From Heterodontus francisci (lineage: Eukaryota): a stretch of 64,000 bases of DNA. The stretch spans positions 105,344,151-105,408,150 of the forward strand of contig NC_090378.1 in assembly GCF_036365525.1 (NCBI RefSeq). The letters are read 5' to 3'. The position numbers were made by a program, and so were the translations under genes. The notes beneath the pieces are model-generated. The model had not been told where the DNA came from. It searched no databases and was given only the letters and a program-made list of their open reading frames with translations. Below are positions 13,400-25,735 of the stretch, piece after piece. Each line of letters starts with the position of its first letter. Position 1 is the stretch's first letter.

Positions 13400-13707
13400 A
13401 CTTGTATTAATAAAGCTGTTTTTATGACCCAAGGGCATCCTAAACACTATACAGCCAATGAAGAACTTTTGAATTGTAGTCACTGGTGGAATGTAGGAAG
13501 TGCAGCTGCCAATTTGTGCACAGCAAGCTCCCACAAACAGCAATGTGATAATGACCATATTATCTGTTTTTAGTGATGTTTGTAAATATTGGCCAGGTCT
13601 CCAGGGAGAACACCCCTTCTCTTTTTCAAATTAGTGCCATGGGATCTTTTATGTCCACCTGAGAGGACAGACAAGGCTGTGGTTTAATGTCTCATCGGAA
13701 AGATAAT
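13400..13707 (-). mobile_element. DeuSINE, 3' part (split by Harbinger)
   Basis: Reverse-complement Deu core GTGCCATGGGATCTTTTATGTCCACCTGAG; continues at 16549. Confidence 0.88.
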
Positions 13708-14639
13708 GGGTTGAATTTTACCAGCCCCTCGACGCTGCGGGTCATGGTGCAGGGGCCGGTAAAATGCTGGGAGGAGAGGCCCGCTTCGACCCGCGGCATC
13801 GAGAAGGGCCCCCCGCATATTACCAATGGCGGTGGGACCTCAGTGCAGCCCCCGCCACGGCATGGCGGCAGCACCACAATTAGCATATGGTAATGATTAC
13901 TTACCTATGCTGATTATGCAGCCCGCTGCCTCTCCACCGACACTGCCGGATTTTTCATTGAACGGGCAGCCGTTCTGATCTGAAAAGCCCGCGGGTCCTC
14001 TCTTGCGTTACGGAACGGGGGTGGGAGGGGGGATACACAGCGGTCTAACTCTGCATTCTTAAAGGAAGAAGGGAGGGGGGCGATATGCAGGGGTCGCACT
14101 CTACATTCTGAAAGGGAGGGGGTCTGGGATTACTGGAGGGAAAGCTTTGCTGGCATGAAGGGAGGTACTGTGTACCATCCCTCCATTAACAGTGTATGCT
14201 CTGTGTTTGTGAGAGGACAGGCACCCTGTGTGTGGGCAGGGTACCAGAAAGGGCAGGAGCATTAAGGTTCTCTGGATGGTGGGGGCAATCGATTCAGCTG
14301 GTAGGATCTTGATGTGGTCATGCTGTGCCACACTGAGTGTTAGCCAAGTTGGGTAATGCCATGGCACACCACATAGTTGATTCAGGAAAGCAGCTGGTGT
14401 ACCCGTCAACACCAACCCATGCCCTGTTAGGAACCTTTGAATACATGCAGGGTTCAACTTTATTTATCACATGGAAAAAGGTATGGCTCATCCTACATTG
14501 TGTGATCCTCTTTACATGAGCATCCGTATGCGCCAGAGGCAATATCAACAGACAGGTGTAATCCACGTAGAGGCTCCAGGTCGTGAGCAGCAGCCCCCAA
14601 GGGGAGCCCGCCATTACGTTTGCCGTGCATCTACAGGCC

Positions 14640-15420
14640 CCATATGACATGCCATCGGATGTCAGAGCACCAGTGTCAGAGGAGATTGCGCAGATAGAGC
14701 GGGTGGTGACACGTCTCTGTGCCCTGATTAAGGTTGACCTGCAGGCCATGGGCTCCGGTGGACATCCCATACCTTTGTTCCTCATAGTGGCAGCGGTTCT
14801 CAAGCCTGACGCCTCTGCAGCCTTTTAGGGGCCCACCAGAATCCTTTGTGGGGTCACACAGTGAGCAGTGCACTGCTGCATCAGGGAGGTCACCAATGCC
14901 CTGCACCGGAGGGCCAGTGAGGATGTCCGCTTCAGGACAGAATCTCACATCCGGGCCCAGAGGACCATTGGTTCTGGCACCATTACCAGAGAACCATACG
15001 TTGTAATGTTCATAGACTGCATAATGTGGCCATCAGGCCTACTGCAGACATCACCATTAAAGGAGTCCTCTCAATCTAGATGAAGCTGGTATGTGAACAC
15101 CGCAGATGCTTGCAGCTGCCATGACACCTGGGTCTTGTGCCAGTCCCGGCTGCCTCCGCTGTTCACTGAACTGGCTCAGATGGAGAGGTGGCTTCTTGGA
15201 GATAAGGGCTATCTTTTGCAGACATGGCTCCCGACACCGGTGGGAGACTCCACCACTGCTGCAGAGGAGTAGCAGCCACTAAGCTACACAAGCTACATGA
15301 CCATTGAGCAGGAGATCGGCATGCTGAAAGAGCACCTCCAATGCCTGTATGGATAGGGTGATGCCCTGTACTAAGGGTCAAAAAGGCCAGCTCCTTTCTT
15401 TGCTGCTTTGCAAAACTACA
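14640..15420 (+). pseudogene. Harbinger (HARBI1-like) DDE transposase remnant
   Basis: Translations VVTRLCALIKVDLQAMGSGGHPIP, VHCCIREVTNAL, MFIDC, LVCEHRRCLQ, CHDTWVLCQSRLPPLF, WLLGDKGYLLQTWLPTP; interrupted by stops, frameshifts and deletions. Confidence 0.88.
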
Positions 15421-16144
15421 CACCCAATAGAGGCCAGGCCTGGCATGATGATGAGAGACGTCAACAGAATTCCTCCTCAGACTATGAGGACGCTAAGAAC
15501 CTACAATATGAAAGACGCAAGGGAGGGCAGATGGCACCAAGGCTCTGCACACAGGGCTAGCAGTGAGTTAGGGATGTACGGAAGTGGCTTATCAGACAAA
15601 GGCTCTCTGCTCCATAGGAACCGACATGAGCTCTGCAAGCCACACATTACCCTTGCTCACCTGCTGTGCCCTAGTCCACATCTGCAACATCCCTGTATAA
15701 ACCATTAGAGGCAGCAGCTGACTGAGCCAATGTTCATGTCACTGCATCCGTGGAGACGCTCATGAGTAATGGTGGCAGGGCAATGATGTTATTGCATACA
15801 TTGGCTCTTCTGAAGGGACAACAGTGCAGAGGGATGTGACATTGGCGCTACATGCTGGCACACATCATTCGCACAGAGGAAAGGACACACATGTTAGTGA
15901 GAAACATTTAGTGAAAGGCGTATTTACATCACTGTGACACCCGTGCATTCCCATTTGTGTCAGTGTGTTCTCTGTAAACCTCTGTCTTTTATGGTGTATT
16001 TAAGTCTCACGTCCTGGAATGTGCAAATGTACGATTATTCATCCAGTTGCAGCACGCCTACAAGAAGGAATGTTACACTTGAGTGGAAGAAGAGGATCGC
16101 AACTTCACAGGACACTGGGACACAGCAGGGTAAGTATGTGGCAG

Positions 16145-16232
16145 CAAAGCGGAAAGTGCTGAGGTCACTCAGCAGGTCAGGCAGCATCAGTGGAGAGAGA
16201 AGCAGAGTTAACTTTCAGGTCTGTGAACTTGG
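16145..16232 (-). mobile_element. Penelope-like terminal repeat fragment inside the Harbinger
   Basis: CACTCAGCAGGTCAGGCAGCATCAGTGGAGAGAGAAGCAGAGTTAAC matches the PLE tail. Confidence 0.8.
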
Positions 16233-16548
16233 ACAAGTTCAGATTGACAACAGCTCCACTCTTCAGCAGTCAGGTAAGTATTTTTTTGACAGCTGTCAGG
16301 AAGCAGGTGCTGGGGTGCTTAAAATAGGGCCCCAGCACCTGCGTCAAAGGGTTCCTCACTGCGTCGAATGTCCCGCCTCTCCCCATGTAATATCAGGGGG
16401 AGGCTCGGCGCAGTGATGCTAATGAGCCCCCGCGTGTAATATCGGGGGTGGGGGTGGGGGTGGGCTCTGCGGCAGCTGCTAAATGCGGGCACCGCGCGAG
16501 TTCAAAGGGCGCTGCCACAGAATGCGGTGCCCCAATAAAATTCAGCCC

Positions 16549-16618
16549 AATATGTTTGACAGTGCGGCAGTCTTTCAGTGGAGTGTCAGTCTAGATTTTG
16601 TGCTCCAGTCTCTGGAGT
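16549..16618 (-). mobile_element. DeuSINE, 5' part (continuation of 13400-13707)
   Basis: GACAGTGCGGCA...GGAGTGTCAGTCTAGATTTTGTGCTCCAGTCTCTGGAGT joins in register across the transposon. Confidence 0.8.
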
Positions 16619-16639
16619 TAATACAGCCACCTTGGTTTA

Positions 16640-17170
16640 TATCATTCAAAGCACTGTGATTGAGTCAGCTTCAGTAGCCACTTGCCAAGCACACCACTAT
16701 CTAATAATCCTTTGCATTAAAAAAAACTTCCTTCTAATCTCTCCCCTTATGTTGCTTGTATGGATTCTGAGTTTAGGCTTTTTGTCACAGATTACAGACC
16801 AGTGAAAGTAATCTTTCACCTCTTAAGCTCAAGCCCTTTCATAACTTAAAGCACAACCATCAGATTCCTGTCACGTTTTCCATCTATTATTATAACTATA
16901 TCCTCTCATCTCTGGTATCATCCTAATGAATATGTGTTGCATCTGTTCCATGACTTCAATATCTTTTCTGCGATGGATGCCCAAACCTGCACGTGAGGGG
17001 CAATGTGGCCTAATGAATGTCAGATACAGATTCAGCATCACCTCCCAGATAATAAACTTCAAATCCCATTTTTCTTATTTATTCCATATACAATTCTGCT
17101 TTTAAATACTTCCACATCTGCACTCCTATATCCCTTTGTTCACAACTCCACTGGGAACCTTAGCGTTTAA
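16640..17170 (-). mobile_element. Old CR1 LINE 3' fragment
   Basis: ORF 16871-17062: EVMLNLYLTFIRPH...RKDIEVMEQMQHIFIRMIPEMRGYSY. Confidence 0.75.
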
Positions 17171-17452
17171 TTTTTACCATTATGAGCTAGCATTTCAGTA
17201 ACATTTTATACCACAATAAGGGGAAGAACTGATGAAGGTACAGGGCTCTTTATGTATGCGATTATAACACAAGTTCTGGTGCATGTTGTTAATCTGTTAA
17301 TTGTGCATCAATTGTTTGATTATATGCAGGCGGAGGGTTTCAAATGAGGAGCTACATGTCTATAATTATTTTAATCTGTACAATAAATGTGAAACTGAGT
17401 AAATATAGGCTCCAGCATTATCTTTCCATAACAAGATTTCTGGAGTTTAACA

Positions 17453-17470
17453 TGGTCGCACATAATGGTT
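17453..17470 (+). promoter_or_regulatory. Primer-binding site, tRNA-iMet
   Basis: TGGTCGCACATAATGGTT immediately after the LTR-terminal CA; 14/18 match to TGGTAGCAGAGGATGGTT, the complement of the initiator tRNA-Met 3' end. Confidence 0.75.
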
Positions 17471-17545
17471 GCCTAAATCTGAAGGTTGGAAACTAGGATT
17501 TTTTTTACATAGAAAACTAAAATCTTACAGGCTATTGTGGAAAAT

Positions 17546-19169
17546 ATGGCAGAAAGCAAGTGCAAATTGTCAGGATATAATTACTCTCTGGTGTTCTCTG
17601 AGTCTGAATTATATGACCAGTGGAAGAATGAAGTGGATATGTGGACACAGGTTACATCTCTACCAAAGAGGAAACAAGGTTTGACCTTGGCGCTGTCACT
17701 TCCTACCAAAAGTAAAATCAGAAGTAAAGTGTTTTGTGAACTGGATGCTCGTCAGTTGGATACTGATGAAGGGTTGGATCTTCTGTTAGAATTCTTGGAT
17801 GAAATGTACAAGAAAGGTGACCTATTGAATGCATATGAGGTATGGTCAGACTTTGATAGATTGCGGAAAACAGATGGTTATTTAATGGAGGAATATATCA
17901 TGGACTTTAACAGACTGTATAGAAGATTGAGGAAATTCAATTTGGAGATCCCTGGTTCAGTGCTAGCATTTAAATTGCTACATTGTGCTAGGGTTTCGGA
18001 TATGGACAGGCCTTAAAGAAATTCCTAGGGAAACAATCATTTCCTGCAGCCCCAGTAGAACAAACAGGGCATTCTACAGTGACACAAAGAATGGAGGACT
18101 CAATGTTTACTAGATTTCAAAATGGTCCAGATACTGGAAGCAGGCATAAGTATAATGGAAGAGTTAAAGACAGGAGGAATTAGGATGAAAGCACCTTTAG
18201 CAGGTATATTACAGTGTAAAACAGAATTGGAACAGCAATCATAGTGAATGAATCCCAGGAATGCCCAAGGAACATTTAATAGGTGCTTCAGATGTGACTC
18301 AAAGTATCATTTTACAATGAACTGCAATAAGCAGAGGAGCAGAGTCCTCGAAATGACACACAATGCAGAGAATTCTGAGGCAGAAGAGGAAGATACTGAT
18401 GAATCTGAACGAATTGTACTAGTCACAAGGAGCTTTAGTCCTGTGATGAATGTGCTAATTGCGGATTCATTCAACTATGCTGTATTGGATAGTGCTTGCA
18501 TGTCAACAACATGTGAAACCGATTGGATAGAATGTTATCTGGATACACTTAGTAGTGAGGATCGATGCAAAGTTAAGGAGTATAAATGTACTACCAGCTT
18601 TAGGTTTGGTGATGACAACACACTGAAGTCACTGAAGAGAGTAGTAATTCCATGTAAAATAGCTGGAGCCAGCCACTTTATCAGTACCCGCCAACGAAAA
18701 ATTCTGGCTGACGCCTTTAGTGATATACCTTTACGGTTGAGTAAGCCTTCAATGAAAAAGGCACAAATGAAACTTGATATGGAGCATGATAAGGTAATTG
18801 TTTTTGGAAGGTCAGTGAATTTGCAGTTTACCCAGTCAGGGCATTACCGTATACCCGTAACAAAACCTGATGTTTCTATTCAGAGTGTTAGGTAAGTATT
18901 AATGGCATCTGGTGTTAAGAATCAGAGAGATAAAAAGCAAATTGTCTTAAAGTTACACAGACAATTTGCTCACCCTTCTTGTCAGAGATTAAATACCCTG
19001 CTAAAGGCTGCAGGTTTGATTGATGAAGAGTGTACGAGGATAACAGAAGAGTTTAGTGAAAAGTGTGAAATCTGTAAAAAGTATAGGAGGACACCATCAT
19101 GTCCTATTGTCAGCCTTCCATTGGCACATGACTTTAACAAGGTAGTTGCCATGGATTTAAAGGTGTGGG
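17546..19169 (+). pseudogene. Copia gag-pol remnant
   Basis: Gag YDQWKNEVDMWTQVTSLPKRKQG; Zn knuckle CFRCDSKYHFTMNC; aspartic protease AVLDSAC and FRFGD; integrase HHCC LHRQFAH...CEIC; core start VAMDL. In-frame TAA at 18893 and other disruptions. Confidence 0.9.
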
Positions 19170-19520
19170 GCAACAATGGAATGCCCAAAACAGTACACAA
19201 TACTCTAACTGCAGCCAACTTAAGGCTTTGTATAATTCAACATTACCTGTGTGTTTTTATATTCTGTGCTCCAGGATACAAAACCAAAGATTCTGCTTTC
19301 TGTCTCTATCTCTGTATTGCTACTTTTCACATCCTTTGGATACCAAGGTCCTTTTGTTCCTCTATCTCATTTATCTTCCCAGTAAACGCTAAAGGATTTA
19401 GTTTCAAATGTGATTTCATCTCTCTAATTATCCATTGCATGCCAGCCTCCTGTACACACTGGGTTAGTGACCTTTCATCTCATGTTGAAGTGTTTCCCAT
19501 TGCTGATCTACACTTCTAAT
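19170..19520 (-). mobile_element. Old CR1 fragment abutting the truncated Copia
   Basis: GCCCAAAACAGTACACAATACTCTAACTGCAGCCAAC...GGCTTTGTATAATTCAACATTACC is the reverse complement of the CR1 MLNYTK...LEYCVxFW region. Confidence 0.65.
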
Positions 19521-19547
19521 TACCAATTTTCTTTCAAAAGTGCCAGC

Positions 19548-20005
19548 AGTGACTCACTGGGTAGCGCTCTCACCTCTGACTCAGAAGGTTGTGTGTTTAC
19601 GTCTCATTCCAGAGTCATGAGCACATAATCTAAGCTGACACTCCAGGTGCAGTACTGAGGGAGTGCTGCAATGTTGGAGGTGTCATCTTTCAGATGAGAC
19701 GGTACAGTGAGGAGCCATCTGCCCTCTCAGGTGAGCGACAAAGATTCCAAAGCACTATGTCGAAGAAGAGCAGGAGAGTTCTTCCAAGTATCAAGGCCAA
19801 TATATATCCCTCAACCAACATCAGAGAAATAGATTACCTGGTCATTATATCATTGCTGTTTGTAGGACTTTGCTGTGCACAAATTGGTTGCTGGATTTCG
19901 CATATTACAACAGTGACAGCACTTCAAAAATATTTCATTGGCTGTGAAGCCTTTTAGTGTATCCTGAGATTGTGAAAGGTGCTATATAAATGCAAGTCTT
20001 ATTTC
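19548..20005 (+). mobile_element. DeuSINE, full length
   Basis: tRNA head, GGAGGTGTCATCTTTCAGATGAGACG core, tail GAAAGGTGCTATATAAATGCAAGT. Confidence 0.9.
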
Positions 20006-21329
20006 TTATTTAATACGTGCAAAATCCCTTTGTATCTTACCACAATTTTTTTTTCTCCAAAGCCAAGTAGGCGTTCTTTGATTTCTCTTTCCTTTCTACT
20101 CAAATGGAATGATATTACAGTCGCTACTGACCAAATACACTCAACCAATCGAAGCCTCCAAACAATGCTCCTTTAATATTGTTGGAGGATTTGATTGATA
20201 CCTTCTATGACTTGGGCAAAGTTACTACTGTAGTCAGTGTGTTATGCCGCTGCTGACTCAACGCAGTCATGAATGCGCTGACATTGCTATCGTATCACTC
20301 TGGTATCTGAACAACGAGGCCTGGGAAATAATTCATCTGGTTGCTGTGTCTTAAAGATCTCCTTCGTTAGTTATTTTAACTTAATTATAAACATGTTCCT
20401 AAAGGCATCACTAGAAATACCAAGGCAAATGTATCATTACGAATGCATTTTTTAACCATCTCCCTACATACAATGGCCAGAGAATTTCTTAGTCCCACAT
20501 TACCATTCAGGTATATTGAAATTGTTAGGACAAGCACTATGCCTATTGTATCTTCCTGTCTTGTACCCACTAATGTGTCCTGGAGTGTGGGAATATCACT
20601 TTCCAGGTACAGCTTTCATATCTTCCGAAAAATGAACAAAAGATCTATACATACTAATAAAAAACACGAGATTTATTTATCAAACTCAGAATCATTCCAA
20701 AGCTGCAATATCCCCTGATACTCTCAACAGAGAGACAACTTTACAACATCTGCGCTCCCGTCATCGCACTCCTGCATCTAAAGGGCTCTCTCTTTCCTGG
20801 ACTTTGACTTTTGAGACATAGCAGATATGTTCTGTAAACCAAAGCTTCACTAACACTGTAATTTGCAAATAGCAGCTGATATGTTCTGGGGAATTCAGGA
20901 TAAATGCTGAAACTAAAGCTCCAGTCTCCGGGCCTTGGTTCACATCTGCACAATGTAGTTGCACTAAATAGGTCTGACTGGGTTTACCAAAAGGAAACTA
21001 AAAGTACAGCCCAGGTTAAACAAATCCCTGGCCACAGGGACAACTTCTGCTGTTAAACTGGGAGGATAAGAGAGTATGTCCTAAGACACGTATCAGCTCC
21101 ATGTCAGGTCTCAGTACTAAATCCCAGAGGGAGACAGCAGCTCTCAACACAAGTACCAGCTCCACATCATTTCTTAATATTAAACCCTGCTGGCACAGGG
21201 AATCTATTGATAGAAGGAGCAGCTCAGAATTAAACCACTGAAACCTATGTGGAGGGGTGGGTACTATTAACCGCAAGTGCTGTATAAAATACATGAGATC
21301 ATGTAGGGGTACGACTCTGATGCCTCACC

Positions 21330-21540
21330 CAACCACCATGGCAAGAAGTCTCAACTGGCTATTCCACTAAGGGGTAGAGGGAGAAACACATCCAATCCTG
21401 TTGTTTCCCTCATGCAATATTGACACACTGTCCAATACGAGTTAATGTATAACAACCAGGGTCAGGAAGTCTGGCTGATTTTTGTTGCCCTGCTCAAAGG
21501 CCCTGAAGAAACAATCCTACAACTGCACCCAGCTGCGAGC
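21330..21540 (-). mobile_element. Ancient SINE-like repeat family C fragment
   Basis: GGCTATTCCAC...CAATCCTGTT...CAGGAAGTCTGGCTGATTTTT...CCCAGCTGCGA; similar degenerate pieces near 7750-7920, 11990-12290, 31060-31200, 37100-37200, 44440-44710 and 52570-52760. Confidence 0.45.
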
Positions 21541-22175
21541 GCAGGTCACATTTTGTGTATTTTTACACCAGATATTTTCTTGAGTGCAATGTTACTGGCC
21601 ACCTCTGTAAGGAGACATTGAACGCTTCTCGATCTGAAGTATGGTTTGTGATGGAAACCACACCTGTTAAATGCAAACATATTAATTTTGTCATATGGAA
21701 CACTATTATTACACCATGTTTACTGGACATGGAAATAACTTGTTTAAAAAGACCACAGAACAGTGGCTGAAAACATGGCTGCACATTTGCATTCTGAAAA
21801 ACAGTTGCATGGAGAGACAATGGGAGTACTCCCTGATTCAATTAGCCAGATGGGTCTTGTCAATAGTGATGATCAAAAGACATTGAGAGTCACTGAATGT
21901 GTAAGAGCCAGCATTCCACCCCCACCCCCCCCCACCCCCACCCCCCTTTTTCTAACCGTTATCTAAATAAATGATAGTGAGATTTAGGGAATCATAGAGT
22001 GACTTCTTGCACTGCGCACCACATTCTGGAATAGATTACATTCTTCTCCTCCCTTCAGCAAGTGGACTGGATATGCACCCTGATCAGACTGAGATTCTTG
22101 CTCTGAACCAACAACTGTTTTATTAACTAAGACAGGTGAATTATCAGTAAACAGTATAACACAACAAAACGTAAT

Positions 22176-23050
22176 TTTGTTTTATTCATTCACGGCGTCG
22201 CTGGCAGGGCCAGCACTTATTGCCCATCCCTAGATACGCTTGAGAAGATGGTGATCAGCCTTCCTGAACTGTTGCTGTCCATGTACTGTCGGTACACCCA
22301 CAGTGCTATTAGGGAGAGAGTTCCAGGATTTTCACCCAATGACAATAAAGGAACAGGGATATATTTCCAAGTCAGATAGTGTGTGACTTGGAGGAGAATG
22401 TGCAGGTAATGATGTTCTCACGCACCTGCTGCCCTTGTCCTTCCAGGTGGTAGAATTTGCGAGTTTGGAAGGTGCTGTTGAAGAAGCCTTGGTAAGTTGC
22501 TGCAGTCAGTCTTGTAGATGAAACATTCTGCTGCTGCTGTGTGCCAGTAGTGGAGCGAGTGAAGGTGCTGGTTGGGGTGCCGATCAAGCGAGCTGCTTTG
22601 TCCTGGATGGTGTCGAGCTTCTGGAGTGTTGTTTGAGCTGCACTCATCCAGGTAGGTGGAGGGTATTCCATCACACTCCTGGCCTGTGCCTCATAAATGG
22701 TGGACAGGCTTTGGTCAGTCAGGAGATGAGCTGATGAGCTACCTGCTCTTGCAGTCACAGTATTTATAAGGCTAGTCCTGTTAAATATCTGGTCAACGGT
22801 GACTCTCAAGATGTCGATAGTCGGGGTTTCGATGGTAATGCCATTGAATATCAAGGGGAAGTGACTAGATTCTCTCTTGCTGGAGACAGTCATTGCCTGG
22901 CACTTGCATGGCATGAATGCCACTTATCATTTCAAGCCTAAACATTGTCCAAATCTTGCTGCATGCAGGCACAGACTGCTTCATTACCCAAGGAGTTGTG
23001 AATGGAAATGAATACTATGCAATCATGAGCAAACATCCCCATTTCTGACC
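22176..23050 (-). mobile_element. LINE family B 3' fragment
   Basis: ORF 22372-22923: KCQAMTVSSKRES...RSVMEY...KLDTIQDKAARLI; family-B tail at 22176-22250. Confidence 0.9.
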
Positions 23051-23280
23051 GTAGTACTTCATCCTCAATAGGTAAAATAATAAAGACTCCACTTGTTCAC
23101 TCTTTAATCATTTTATAATATGGACTCACTTCTTACCCTGTAGAACAAGGTGCTACTTAAAACCTAGATCAGCTGTTTCTGCTGGTTGGCTCAAAATATT
23201 AAAACACTGATAGCCCTTAGCCTGCTGGCTCCAAGATTCAAATCAATTGTAGTCCGATAGAGTGAGTGGGAGGAGGCGGC

Positions 23281-23628
23281 TTTAGTTTAGAGATACAGCA
23301 CTGAAACAGGCCCTTCGGCCCACCGAGTCTGTGCCAACTATCAACCACCCATTTATACTAATCCTACACTAATCCCATATTCCTACCACATCCCCACCTG
23401 TCCCTATATTTCCCTACCACCTACCTATACTAGGGGCAATTTATAATAGCCAATTTACCTACCAACCTGCAAGTCCTTTGGCTGTGGGAGGAAACCAGAG
23501 CACCCGGAGAAAACCCACGCAGACACAGGGAGAACTTGCAAACTCCACACAGGCAGTACCCAGAATTGAACCCAGGTCGCTGGAGCTGTGAGGCTGCAGT
23601 GCTAACCACTGCGCCACTGTGCCACCCC
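23281..23628 (-). mobile_element. HE1-type V-SINE, full length
   Basis: Head GGTGGCACAGTGGCGCAGTGGTTAGCACTGC, B box GGTTCAATTC, V domain GCGTGGGTTTTCTCCGGGTGCTCTGGTTTCCTCCCAC, CR1-like tail GGGCCGAAGGGCCTGTTTC. Confidence 0.92.
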
Positions 23629-25314
23629 TAGTGTAGATCATAGACCAGTTGGGCCGAATGGCCTGTTCCTGTGCTGTACATACTATGTAATTCGAGGTAG
23701 ACTGCCCAAAGATGCTCAGTAGAAGACCTTTATCCCCTGAGTTATCCATCAAAAAGGACAACAGTCACTCAAGAATAGCTGTGAATCAAACCCACTACTC
23801 CAAGCTGAGGCCTGATTCTTTGTTCTGCGTCAGGGTGGCATGGGATCATGGCATCTCTCAGAATTGCATTAGATTGGTCAATATTGAATGGATATCCAAA
23901 TTGTGACAATGGAAGAGATGTTTGTGATGAATGTGAAGTCCCCAAGTTGATGAAACTATCAACACACTAGACAAGCCATTGGCCCTTGTGCTACCTCCTC
24001 AAGCCAACATTCCATTGACAAATACTTTGTCTGTATTTGCGTGTTAACCCCTTACATGCTTCACATACATGTTTCACACAACACAAAATACAAGTTAAAA
24101 TTCAACACAGACAAAAAAAAAATACAATTCTTTCACACTATCCCTGACCAGGGATTTGCCCACAGGGCATTCCATAACCATTAGTCCAAAAAGGATTGCG
24201 CTGTGTAAAATGGTTTTCGGCACCGTCCATCAGCTTGAACACTCCCTTAACAAGCATTAAACTTTGAAGTGAAGAACTTGAATCCAAGCAGCCAATTGTT
24301 TAAAGTAATCCAACTCTTTTCTATTTCTATCTCATTGGAATTCTGGCACTCTAAATATTACCAGAACAATAAATTTCAACTGTCAGCATGCAACCTCAAC
24401 ACTAACCAGAGATAACCAAGACACCCTTTTCCAGCTCTATTCCAGCCAATTTTAATCATGTTATATATTTATTATATTCACAGTGCCAGGCAGTCAAAGG
24501 AGATAGGTATTTATACTGGCACAGGGACAAATTATTGCATTGCACGTTTTCCCAAGAGTGCTGACTCAGGCAATTCTTGCGTCTGAGAGGGGAAGGAAAT
24601 TAGTTCCTGCATTTTACACAAAAGGGATATAGAGTTGAACAACGAAAAAAACACATATCCAGCTGTCTGAAACCAACAGTGGCATAATACACCTAATCAG
24701 GGAAGTGTGCTCATTGCTGAGTATTGTGAACCCATTTGAGACATGGTCAAGGGCAGACACATTGGGCAGGCTTGCTGAGGGAGCTATTTCAGGTTTCATC
24801 ACAATAGATAGATGGAGATGGATAGCCTTTGCAGAGCCCTTTCACCTCACAAAGAAGATTGCAAGATAGATGATGACAAATGTCAACACATAATTTAATT
24901 TCTCTTTGCATTCGTTTAGGTCTTCCCACCTTCCTATCCTGAAGACAATGACTCTTTGCTGCAATACAAATCCTATGGGAGCAATGAACCCTTCCAATAT
25001 CTTATTAAAATGACCATTCTTCCTGCAGGAGTCCACACAGGGATTGTTGGCATTCTATTTAGCTGTGCAAGGCATCACAGCTGAGATTGATCCTTTTGTC
25101 ATAAAACATCCCCATCACTGCCAAGCCCAATTCTCATTCTGTCCTCCCCTAATCTATATTTTCATGCACGTTTTGCCAGGGACCTTTAAGATATCCTTCC
25201 TCCAGTCCCTCCCCCATTCCTGCACCCCAATCCCCCAAAACAACATGGCTAAGGATACTTAGGCTAATTTGTAGCTAACCTCACTCTCAACTAAATTTCA
25301 CCTGCCATGTGTCT

Positions 25315-25735
25315 GCCTATTTCACCGGTCTCTCCATGTCCTCCTGAAGTCCGCTAGTATCCACCTCACTCTTTACTACAGTTCCAAGCTTTGTATCATC
25401 TGCAAACTTTGAAATTATGCCCTTTATAGACAAGTGCAGATCATTAATATATATTAAAAAGAGCAATGGCCCCATTACTGACCCCTGGGAGACACCACAG
25501 TATACTTCCCTCCAGTCTGAAAAACAACAACTCCCTACTACTCCCTGCTTTCTGCCAATCCGTGTAGTTACTTCCCCTTTCAATTTTGGTGACAAATCTG
25601 TTTTGTGGCTCTTTAGCAAATAGCTTTTGAAAGTCGATGTACACAACACCAACTGTCCTACCTCATCCATCCTCTCCGTTACTTCATCGAAGAACTCAAT
25701 CAAGTTAGTCAAACAAGTTGTGCCTTTAACAAAGG
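25315..25735 (-). mobile_element. CR1 RT fragment
   Basis: FVKGTTCLTNLIEFFDEVT...GVSQGSVMGPLLFLIYINDL...SKFADDTKLG. Confidence 0.92.

Larger units (their letters stand above)
13708..16548 (+). mobile_element. PIF/Harbinger DNA transposon, defective (2841 bp)
   Basis: TIRs GGGTTGAATTTTA (13708-13720) and TAAAATTCAGCCC (16536-16548); 3-bp TSD AAT on both sides; CpG-rich subterminal regions; internal transposase remnant. Confidence 0.9.
17284..19169 (+). mobile_element. Ty1/Copia LTR retrotransposon (GalEa-like), 5' half
   Basis: Short LTR TGTT...AACA (17284-17452, AATAAA at ~17382), then PBS, gag, protease and integrase directly after protease (Copia domain order). Truncated at VAMDLKVW; no RT or 3' LTR. 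Confidence 0.88.

Noticed and set aside
18902-19519. 205-aa ORF suggesting an integrase fusion protein
   Set aside because: Read-through from the truncated Copia integrase into an antisense CR1 fragment.
19548-19615. tRNA-like A/B boxes here and at other SINE heads
   Set aside because: They continue into SINE bodies; no cloverleaf or terminator, so not tRNA genes.
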